DNA from: Fimbriosthenelais zetlandica
Taxonomy: Eukaryota
Direction of reading: 5' to 3'
Assembly: GCA_977030845.1 (NCBI GenBank)
Contig: OZ365112.1
Span: 25,420,001 to 25,484,000 of the forward strand
DNA length: 64,000 nt
Shown: positions 36,419 through 64,000 of the stretch, in pieces
Position numbering within the stretch: the first letter of the stretch is position 1
How the letters are laid out: each line of letters starts with the position of its first letter
The notes under the pieces: model-generated
Seen by the model: only the letters and a program-made list of their open reading frames with translations
What the model was told of the DNA's origin: nothing
Database searches by the model: none
Translations under genes and position numbers: made by a program

Positions 36419-37283
36419 CACAAGTGTTGCGGCCCGAGATATGCAGCGGCAAAAAGGTGAACTACGCTGCTATGATCTAGCCAACGCTGAGCGCTCTAGA
36501 CACATGGCCATAGGAGTTCGTTTTGACTGGGTGGGGGTGGGGTGGAGGAGGGTGGGGGGATCGTGGGTGTTCAACCCCCGGCGGCGGGGCTTATATTTTT
36601 AAGGCAAATCCGATGCACGAATTAAATAAAAATAACCTAAAATATTTTCTGAAACCGGTGGAAATGTTCCCTACTTTCAGTATTCTGTCCGGGTGACTGT
36701 CCCTCATGCTGTATAGGCGGCTATCGATAATCATTATTATACGATTAAAACTACATGTTCTTGCCACTTCTTGTAGGTTTAACTTTGAAATACATATTAC
36801 TTTAGAACATAATTTAACATAATAATTAGCAGATTTTCCTTACAGAAAAATGCATTGAACCTTGTATCATGATAAAGTCTATATAGAATTTGGTTTAAAA
36901 CACATCGACCCAGACTCATTGTCATTCAATTAATTTATTTATTCAACATTCATCATTAATAATTTATTTTAACAATACAAAATCCAGAATCCTGTACATT
37001 TTATTAGATTGATATTTTCTGGAACCTTTGGCTGAATAATCGGGGCCTATAATAGGCACATCAACAACGTCCACAAATGATAAGTTAGGATTAAATAATA
37101 ATTATAGTATTATCAGATTTCACCATAATCAAATATGAAATATCTATTTTTAAAGGTATCCATGATTGAAGTTTCGACAGTGGTTATCCTTATCAATGTG
37201 TAACGAATTGTTCAAATTACAAGCATTTGATTGGAATAGAAATATTCGATAACATTTTCCATTGAGTTACTATTGAGAGTTAA

Positions 37284-37950
37284 TTCACGATTCTACGCGT
37301 ACGGGGTGGTGTCAAGTACGGGGCTCTATCAACACACTCAGGGGCGATTTCTGGAATAAATTACACTTCTATTAAGTCAAAGCCCAACATGAGAATATAT
37401 TAAAGCATTGGACAAATATTTTATAAATGATGCCTAAAAGTTGCTTCCGCTGAATGAGCACTGACGTACCAAATTGAGAATATGCCATAGAGTGTTTTTT
37501 GTGAGAAAGTACACATCAATGGAGGCAAAATACAAAATACAAAATAGGAATAGATGAAAAGTATATCTACCTGCATACATGGCATGTGAAGTCAGGAAAC
37601 TCCCGAACATTCGATAAAAGGGAAGAAAAGCCTTTTTCCATAGAGTTAGCACTGAGTGATAGTTCACTCTTCTGCCGGGGGTGGCGTCGGAGTACGGGGC
37701 GTTATCAGCACACTCCGGGCCATTTCTGAAATAAATTATAGTTCATTTAAGTCAAAATCCAACATTAGAATAGATTAAAAGTGTATCTACAATCATACAT
37801 TGAGTGTCGTATCTAAAAATGGTTAAATATTTTATAAATGATGCCTGAAGATCGCTCCCGTTGAATTAGCACTGTCGAAATTGAGAATATTCCTAAGAGT
37901 GTTTTCTTAGAGAAAACACACTTAAATGGAGTCAAAAATAATAAAATAAT
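37284..37950. repeat. Diverged two-copy tandem duplication, period ~380 bp
   Basis: GGGGTGG(T/C)GTC..AGTACGGGGC..TATCA.CACACTC ... TAAGTCAAA..CCAACAT.AGAATA ... TATAAATGATGCCT at ~37300 and ~37680. Confidence 0.8.
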
Positions 37951-37958
37951 GCAAAAAT

Positions 37959-38211
37959 CAAGTGTTGGAACAGATGGGTTTATAACGGAGAGTAAGCGGA
38001 GTATAAGACCTGCCGGGGGAGGATGCCTTCTCCATTTACAACTCCTCCTTCTATCCCCTTCCCAACATTTCACATAAAAGGGATTCTGGTTCTCTATTCT
38101 AACCATTTCCCATACATATCACAAGGCCTATACCCGATGATTATCACGGTGAAATCTCTCTCTTGGTGCACTTGACTCGATAGGTTTTCAACCCATCTGT
38201 TCCAACACTTG
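37959..38211. mobile_element. MITE-like element with 22-bp perfect inverted repeat
   Basis: CAAGTGTTGGAACAGATGGGTT (37959-37980) / AACCCATCTGTTCCAACACTTG (38190-38211); no TSD recognised. Confidence 0.65.
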
Positions 38212-39052
38212 TTTCTCTGCGCATGCCATGCCAATCAGCCCTCTCATCTATTACACAGTTATGGGTTGGATACTTTTGTTTTTCGTCTTTTCAATGGAAT
38301 GTGGCGAGGACATAGGTGAGCATGGGAACACTTATGTCGTTTATACACACATGGCGGCCAAGCTGTCGCCAGTGACCCCAAAATCTGGTTGGTACTTCAT
38401 ATAAAATTGAACATTACTGAGGGAAATACAACGTGGAACAAAATATTTTCGGAACAAATATGAAAGGTATTAAATATTGTCATATGTGTTCCACCAGAAT
38501 ATAAATAACCAAGGCAATATATTTTTTCTGAAATATCTTCCTTATATGACATAATAATTAAGTTCTATATTGTAATGAAAGTCCCGGTCAGATGTGATTA
38601 ATAAAAGAAAAAAAAACGGGTGATTTAGCTAATACTTAACCTATGTCTGAAATAGCGCCTTAGTTTTTAGACTTTGAGCAAACATTATTTCACCCGAAAA
38701 GAGAGCACACAATATTTCACCCGAAAAGAATTCTGATATCTTCATGTGTAAATTGTTTTAAAACTTTTAGAAAGAGTGTAGTTGACGTAAGTGGAGGTGA
38801 CCAGGCTGGTGGACTGGAGTGGCCCAGGTATTTCTACTCCATGGAGCATCCCACTAGGAGTTAAACAGGTGAGAAACCAACATCTGTCCAGCAGAAATAA
38901 AACTTGAACGCCACATAAGAACCGCTGCTTTTTTAGGATCGGACTTCCAGCGTGATAATATCATACCCTGTAAGAAGGATTTGACGTAAGCACAGGATTC
39001 GGTCGTTGCTTGAATTGATCGTTGCGCTGGACACATACTTATTACACACAGA

Positions 39053-40514
39053 ATGAGGCATCTTCGGTTGATGCTCCTGGGCTTGACAGCGTTCATTGGT
39101 AAGTTTCTTCTTCGTTTCTAGACATGATTCAGAAATTGTATAGTTTTGTTTGTAACTGTAACAAATACAAATACTGTAACAAATACATCTACAGAAAAGA
39201 CAAGTTGAAATTGTCATAATAAACAAAATCATAGGCTCCCTCCCTTAGAAGCGCCTTCTCATTGATTATTGTGTCATCATGGCCCATTCTCATAATACAC
39301 CATGTTCCCTTCTATTTAATATTTCTATCTTTTCCAGTGAAGAGTAGTGCCTTGAAATGCTACACATGCAGCTACCAAATCTCTGGCACAGACAGGGACA
39401 AAGAATGTGTTGACAAACCATGGAATGTGACACAAGGACAGAAGGAAATTAACTGTCCCTATCCTTACTGTGTGGTGTTTAGACAAGCTACAAGACGTAA
39501 GTCATTTACTGATTACTTTAGATTTTCAGAATTAGGAACTTTGGTAGATTGAATCACAAGGACAGTTAGCTTCACTTCACCTAAACCCCAATTGACATGG
39601 ATCAATCCAGCTGGCTCCAGATTATTTTCCCAGTAGGATTAGACTGTAATACTGTCTGTTATTGTACTTCACAGGTCTTTATACCATACTGACCTTTACT
39701 GAGATTGAATGCGGTAAGACGATTGCTTAACATTTTCGGGACGGGGCGGGCCTGAGATCTAACAGACATCTAGCCCCCCCCCCCCACCCACCCCTAGTAA
39801 CAGAATCCTGCATCTGCCCCTGCTTGATCATACAATGTATATGATTACAACCATTTCGGACGTTATTTTCTCCTTTCAGTGACAAATATATTCATTACAT
39901 TTGTCAATAACTTTACATAAATAATTACAGATCAGAACAAAATCCAGTCGTTCCACAGAGGCTGTGAAATGAAGGGCCGAGGTAACACATGTGTTCATGA
40001 CAGTTACTACTCTACATGTTCCTACACGTGTAACACCGACCTGTGTAACGGTGGAGATGGCGTACCCGTGGCTAGTGAGGTGGGACAAGATGTCATCAGT
40101 ACACCAAGACATGTTCCTGTACAACCTCACAGACCCAAACCATCAAGACCTACAGGTAAACCTGGCAGGAACAGGTACGATTACAATCCACACAAGTATG
40201 ACCACAGTCAACAGTACAATCGCAACGCCAAATACGATGATGCGAAACTGGCGAATGAAAATCACAAAATAAATGCTGGCACTGAGAACATGGATGGTGG
40301 CATGGGTCGCGGAGGAAAATCGGAGAAAAAGGAGAAAGGAAAGGACAGAGGAGAGAAGGGGAAGAATGAAAGAAGGAAAGGCGATTGTATGCACCCTTAT
40401 GCTTGTGATCAAAGCAAATATAGGCCTGGAAACAGTGCAGCCTCTTTAAATTTCCAATTCACAGTCTGTCTCCAAAGTATTTTCCTTTCTCTATTTGTCT
40501 ACTTTCAAAAATAA
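39053..40514 (+). CDS. Ly6/uPAR (LU, three-finger) domain protein with long hydrophilic stalk and GPI-signal-like tail, 262 aa
   Basis: Exons 39053-39098 (MRHLRLMLLGLTAFI), 39338-39496 (VKSSALKCYTC...C...C...C) and 39931-40514 (RGC...C...CSYTCNTDLCN, then the stalk and a hydrophobic C-terminus) join in frame (789 nt). A candidate non-coding first exon ends at 38868 (CAG|GTGAGA). Confidence 0.88.
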
Positions 40515-42144
40515 AATTTCATAAATCATAAGTACATTTATAAATACAGGTATACATTAATTTCTACATAAATATTCCCAAATGCTATAAGGGAAGTCTA
40601 TGCGTTGCCCATTTTTATATTTAAAATAAACACTTATTTGTAAACAACAATTTTATTGAGTATTTAGTAGTTCTAATACTATCTCGCTTCTTTCGGGAAC
40701 ATTCAACATTCACCACATTTTAAGCATGAACTCAACCTACGGTAATAAAAAGACATCCCGCCTTCATGAGAACAGGTATGCATTCAAATTATTGTAGAAG
40801 CACCATTATCAATTATACTGTTGGGCACTGTACTATGCACTGCACTTGGAAACTAGCTTTGAACGGAACCATGTTATCTCGATACCTATTTTAGTTTAGC
40901 CTGCACTTGGCAGTACTTACTTATATGTACATGTACAGAGTTATTTTGAATTCATTCATTACCTATACTTGTGTAATAATATACCTGAGCACGATTCAGG
41001 CCTTGGTTAGGAGGTCAAAATGTCAGTTCCTGAGCATGCAAATAAAATAATTGCCACTAGTTGGGGGTGGGAATATAGTTCGGACTCCTACGGACACCGA
41101 AAGTATGAACTCATTTTACTTAAGGCACCAGGGTGCTATTATACTTAGAGACCACTGATGATAGACAAAAAGGGAATGGGAAAAATTAATTAGCACAAGG
41201 TGAAATAAAGATCCTGGGGAAGCACCACAAGATGTGGGGGTTTCCAAAACCCCCGTCTTTGATATCCGACGTTCATCAACACACAGTAATGTTTTAAAGT
41301 ACATTCAGGTGGTCATACCACATTTTCCAAGTTCACAGGACCAGAGCTGTATTTTCCTATATACAATTTTTTGAACCAATGTTTTTCACGGTGCACAATA
41401 AGGGTATGCTTCTCAAGATGCCATTGGAAGACATTGTAATAGATCCTTAATATATAAGTATGTACACATAGGGCAGTATTCAAACAGTTTGAGACTGAAT
41501 AGTCAATGCATCCCTTCTTTTGAACATTTTGGATCATTCATTCCCTAATTTGTTAACATTTATCTACAAATCCTAGTTAATCATCATTCAACATTCATGA
41601 ATATGGCACTGAAACAATTGCCCTAACTCTGAGACAGTTGGTAGGGTAAGCCTCAAAATGAGCACATTAAAATGTAAAAATTGGTGCACAATACATACTA
41701 CTTGCTTTTGTTTAAAATTTGCTGAAAGTACATATTGTATATCAAAATCATTTGAGATCCTCGAGATCAAAATAATATTAAGCAATTTGGACAAAAATGA
41801 AATATATTTATATTAAAATGAACAAAATGACAATTTGGTATAAACGTAATGTACACCGGGGAATGAACACATTTGGTGCTATACTAATTTTAAAACAAAT
41901 ATACTTGGAAAATTTGCTCTAGCATGATCATCATGACTCTACATTTGTCCTATAGCAGCCATACTATGCGTATACTTTGCTAGGAGTAGGAAACTTGGCA
42001 CATTTGTATCATCATACCACAAGTCATTTTGTCTCTATGTACAAGTTCATCCTGGAAATTTCTCTCAAGGATTCTTTTAACTGTCTGTGCTGCATTTAAT
42101 TGTGTATTGCTTTGGGTTCAATAATAACTGATCTTTGCCAAATG

Positions 42145-58730
<16,586 letters not shown>

Positions 58731-61700
58731 CTGGAAGGAAGAAAGTAAAGTCTTATATATTTATACATTACATCACAAGAAACGATTTACTTAATTTCAA
58801 AATTGTCATGGCCTAATGTCCTACAATGGATTTAGGCGATTTAGATCAGTAATCATGGACGTGGAAGCTACAATAGACCAGGGAGGGGATGAGTGGTTGG
58901 GATAGTCTCGGCATTTAGTAATTTTTATAGAAGCATGGGATGCAAACTTTGGGTTTTATTGTTTTTATTATCAGCACTTTATTTACACCAGCCTGCTTAT
59001 TTTCAATTTGCAGTTTCAGGAAATACAAGTGCCTTTAAGAACTTTTTGATTCACTATTTATTTTGGGCATTTGGAAAGTTCTGATTGGCATTCCCTTCTT
59101 CATTAAAAAGATTTGATCATGGGACATTTTCTCCATAATGCACATAATATTATCTGAATATCAGTCTCTCTGATATTATGAACCAATTGAAGTCTGGCCC
59201 GGGATAATGGATAGACATTGACTTATTAGTAATGTGAGAAATTGTGAAGTTCAGAGATGGGGAAAAACGTGCCAAAACTAGCACACTTCTTAGCAGTTTC
59301 AGCTGCCAATGACCCCGACGTTGGATGAGTTTCACCCAACTTCAGAGAACTCCATTGAGGCGTGCTTATTTTCCCTCTGACACCCAGAATCAGTTTCCGG
59401 TCGGCCATGCGCACTGTGGAGAGTTTCGCAGGCCACTTCCGCTTCTCAGACAAGATGCGAGCTATCGACGACAGAACGTCATAGCTATCCTTTACCTTAC
59501 ATACACATTACGGGTTTACATGAGTCAGTCCCCATATGTTGGAAGTTCTACCTAAATCCACACACCCAGCTACCCATAAGGCACCGAGAAGCTCTCACCT
59601 ATCACCCTAGCAACCTAAGAGCACAAGGTTTCCATAGCAACCCGGCATGAAAAGCTTGGATAGGATTTCCATGTGTTTGCGTTAACTGGCCACATGGAGC
59701 GCAGCATGCTGAAACCAGGTCCGGACTCAAAGGGTGCCCAGGCCTGCGATTGGTTGAAATTTGGCAGTCCACGATAAGGACGCAGCGCATGAGCCTAAAC
59801 ACAGGCCAAACTAGATATCCCCGAAAACCTTGATACAGCTTACACGTGTTAAACTAATAATATATAGCAGCAATGGGTCTGGGTCGCACAGCTTGTGTTT
59901 AAAAAAAGAAAGTAATGCAAGTGATCATGAAGTAGAACCCTCGACAGACCTTTACTAACAATCTGAGGGCGCCCCGCTGTTAGGGCACATAAGGCGCATC
60001 ATCCAGTCACATGATATCCCGATCCTAGTTACCATTCTGCTGCAGTCTTTATTATTTTTTACCCTCACATGCCATTCCATTTATAACTACCATATCTGAA
60101 TGTAGAACATCCCCCAGCTAAAAAGTCTACAGGAAAGAAACACTGTTACGAAATGAGCAGAGCAAATGAGGACCAACGTTTCAAGTGCAATATTGAAATT
60201 ACTTTAAGTTTTTTTACTGCTTGGTTTTTGTAATTGTCCCCCGAGGCCAGTGTGGTTGCTTCGACCCTCTTGCTACATTAAATCTTAAGCAGCAATGTAC
60301 CCTTAATGATAGGTCCCATGATTATGGTTACACTTGGTGATTACAGAGCTGTGAAGGGGAGAATTAATTGGAGGCGTCACACTACTTGATCTTATGGCAT
60401 GGATTTTAGAGTTTGGCTTTGTACGACCATGATCAATTAACCACCCTTGAACACTGTAATTTCTCTGATAATAGAAAAGGTGTAGCCTAAGATAATCGTG
60501 AAGACAATTTTCCATGCATTATCATTTATCAGAAAGTCTACGATAATCACAGGAAGACCTCGATATGGACTATGTTTATGGAGGAAAATTTCTTAATTAA
60601 TAGGGCGGGACTGAAATAGCACACTTATATTGAAGGTTGCCTCGACATTTGATGAAGTACTTAAGGCAATACAACGAAGATGAGAGAACAATCAAATAAA
60701 TTATAAAAGGTTAAAATGGAGGACAGACATATAGAACAATGATTAATTACTTTTCCAGCGCTGAATTTGACTATGGGCATTATAGCAAATGATTACTAAC
60801 TAACGCGGAATAAAGCAACAGGTGTTTCATGGATGTGAACTTTGTTTAAAAAATGTTTGTGAAAATTGACCCGAGGGGGAAATAAATACACGTCGATGGT
60901 TGTTTTACTGGAAACTTATGTTACAAAGATGGCGGTTAATCAGGCATGAAGATGTCAAGTCTTTTTAACAGGACCCGCATCCTAAAGTCAAGCATACATC
61001 AAACTGATGACTGAACTATGCCTTATCTCACCCTGGTTATGGGTGGCCATTCCCATGACCATCATGAACACAACACCAGCAACTAAAGAACGTTTTTGTG
61101 GGAGGCCAGATAGCTGCTTATTAAACAGACAGCTAATTGAATTAGTGACAACTCGTTACATGTGCTATACATTCTGTCAGATCTGTTGCCGATACAAAAG
61201 CTCTATTCATGAAATCCTCAACGCAATTTCATAGATTTCAAATACACAGTAGGCCTACTTCATAGATTTCCTCAATATACAGATTTCTGACAAAAGTTAT
61301 AATTCTTGTTAAATTATCTTTTACGAAGATAAGTATCTTGTATATTCGAACATGACAAAATATACATTAGAGGATTTACCAATATAGTACCGAAAACATT
61401 TTAATTTGCAAATCCCCAAAGCAAAGATTTGCACCTGTGTAGACACACAGAACAGTTTAACTCTTTAGAACTAAATACCAGAAACCAAATCCCCAGGTGA
61501 ATACTAGACGCCTATTATCATCATACCTGTCCCTAATTACCTCCATCATGTTTTCTCTCCCGCCACTTAATAAGAAAAGCAGGCGAGGAGAGGATAATAC
61601 GTGGTGAGTGAATCAAGGGGGGCACCATCTTATCGAACCTCCCATATTTTATCCTCTATATAGTAAAGCCTACCCTTCCATATGACAATCATCACCGCTA

Positions 61701-62119
61701 ATTGAGACCAATAATAGATTTATCCCAATCTCTTCAGTGTAATTACCAATTATCAAGATATATCAAAAAGAGATACATCAAAACGAGGAAGAAAAAGAAG
61801 GAAGAGGACAAAATACAACATGCACTATTGTAAGCAGCTAGGAGATGGGGTGAAGTATTGGAATAAATTTTAATCTGGAGTTAAAAGAAGGGGAATAAAT
61901 CTTGTAGATGGTAGAAAATGAGTCATGCTCAATGACACTGAGATCCACGGATCGAGGGGAGATGCAGACACTAGTAGTGAGTTAACTTATGGACATCTTT
62001 TATCAAGTAAAACTTCACCTTCTCACTTTTCTCCATCTCCATCCCCATCAGCCACATCAACACTCCTCCTCCCCTACACAACACACCTTCCCTTCCACAA
62101 GATCACCCCCTTTACCCCA

Positions 62120-62514
62120 GTTTCCATGGCAACAAAGACATTGAGTCCCGCCAGCTCGGGTGCACCCCCATTCCTCTCTCTCGCTCGGTTCCCCTGGCGC
62201 TTTCCCTTACTCCATGCCCCAACTCTCAAAGTTTTGTAAACTTCTCCTCCTCGTAACCTACCTCCCTCATCAGGCTCTGTGACCGTCAGTAACATCCTAT
62301 CATTGAACTTTTGTTACTTGGTAACGTCCTATGTAATGTTATGGTTGCTATGGTGGTTTCCAAGACGATGGTACTCAACGTACATCCATGTTGGTCACTG
62401 GTTTCCTTGGCAATCGGCTGGACACGCTGGGATTCTACTCCCTTCACCCTTCTCCACTACTACAACAACCCACCCCACAGTCATGTGACACACCGACCCA
62501 GTTACCAGGGCAAC
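62120..62514. promoter_or_regulatory. Cluster of RFX X-box motifs around the candidate first exon of Gli
   Basis: GTTTCCATGGCAAC 62120-62133; GTTACTTGGTAAC 62313-62325; half site GTTGCTATGG 62344-62353; GTTTCCTTGGCAAT 62401-62414; GTTACCAGGGCAAC 62501-62514. Confidence 0.6.
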
Positions 62515-64000
62515 CATCGGTCGTCTGCTACCGCATTCCCAGCTCCACACTGCTGGTTACCAGTAGACAGCCGCCTCAAAAGCCCTCCAGCTCCGACGAT
62601 AAACCCAAACTAATGTTTAGAGCTTGATAAACTATTGAGGGAAAGTTCAGGGGAAGTGGGTAAACCCCTCCAGAACAACTCCATAGGTGGAAAAGCAAAT
62701 AGATCTAGGTGCTCCTTGAGTGGACTGGGTCGGTCTGGGGGCCAGCTCCCTCCCAACTTCCGTTCATATACCACCAGTATGAATCCCTATTGGGGGAAGG
62801 GGAGGAGGGGTGAACAAATTCCAAAAGCTACAGGGGGCCCGAGACCTCCTGGATACCTCCTCGGGTGGTGGGGGCTACAGGCCCTGAAGTTTTGCCCTGA
62901 ACGAAAAGAAATGGGACCTTCTTGTTGTTCAGGCCCTTTGGTCAAAGGGCACACGGACCACATATCCTGAAGGGCCTAAACAAGTAATTGTTTGTACACT
63001 CCTTTGTCCAGCCATATGATTGTCCGGTAAAATTACCAGGGAAAGGAGATAAGGGGAGATAAGACAATGTACATTCTGAAATATTAGAAAGCCTGAGATA
63101 TTGTAGACAGCTGTAAGAGATAAAACGGGAGAATATGAAGAAGTATGACTTATTGTGTACGGGTGTCTACTAGGCTGCTGCTGCTGGACTTAATAGGCAT
63201 CCAATGAAGCTTTAAATTCTCATTTGTCACAGCAAATAACCCCTTTCTTCGGTCAGGGAATACAAAGGATTTCTAGTCCCAAAGGAACTACCAAGTGATG
63301 ATTAACGAGTCAAGGGTGGTAGAAGGGAATAAACACTCCAAGTATCAATTAGGAGGTGAAAGTTTTGGGTTGAAGAAATCAGCAAAACTATTCTTAGACA
63401 TGACCCTCTTGCTTGAATACTTTCACAGTGGGGAGAGTAAAGTGCAGCCGACATTTCTAAAGAATGCAGGGAGGCTGGGATGTGTGGTCTTTCATAAGCT
63501 TACATATGATTAAACAATTCCATCTTTGATACGTTCAGACAATTTGTTAATGGGCTGTAATTGCACTAATTGTGAAGTAATACTCAATAGATTTTCCAAT
63601 AATGTTCCGGAAACCTATTAGTGATCCACTACACGACATTCAGAAGTACTCAGATGAAAGGTTGAAGTGTGTAGAAAGATTAGTCGGCAATCATTATGGA
63701 AGGATAGTTTTCCCCTCTGCCCTCTTGAAATGAAAACCACCTTGTTCACACTAACAAGGATTCCTTAACACTTTTAGAGCAGGCTGAACAAATATACACC
63801 AGTCAGAATGACATATTTCAGACTTGAGGCATTCTCCTCACTCAATGACACAGTGGGATGGTTTCCTGTCCCCGCCATACTTGTGGTCGACAATTGGGCA
63901 AAATCTGAAAGGGTGTACCAGGCACAACCCTGAAGGGAGAGCAGACCAAATCGGGCTTATCTTTTGAAGCAATGGTCATGCAAGACAACATGAGTCAGTC

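Overview
Eukaryotic, AT-rich, intron-rich genomic DNA from an invertebrate animal; the gene content and style suggest a lophotrochozoan such as a mollusc (inference only). Four protein-coding genes were rebuilt by hand with frame-consistent GT-AG junctions: (1) a 5'-truncated uncharacterised membrane protein (+, 966-4901); (2) a quiver/Ly6-type three-finger GPI-anchored protein (-, 13755-12834); (3) a ~972-aa Ser/Arg/Glu-rich nuclear-type protein (+, 15012-19914) with a possible alternative C-terminus; (4) a second Ly6/LU protein with an unusually long stalk (+, 39053-40514). A fifth, the Hedgehog effector Gli/Ci (-, at least 58730-42145, candidate first coding exon 62295-62262), fills the last third of the window. 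The first 21 kb carries about a dozen copies of one TA-flanked MITE family that I did not see in the Gli locus. The least explained stretch is 23-34 kb. It has no convincing ORF but contains a chain of strong splice sites suggesting a + strand lncRNA and a possible convergent - strand transcript. Near 30 kb an A/T-skew switch coincides with a dense cluster of perfect palindromes (ACTAGT cores, 13 TGACAG/CTGTCA hexamers). A cluster of RFX X-box motifs surrounds the candidate Gli first exon. No prokaryotic features, CRISPR arrays, rRNA or intact tRNA were found. All analysis was by eye, with no database searches.
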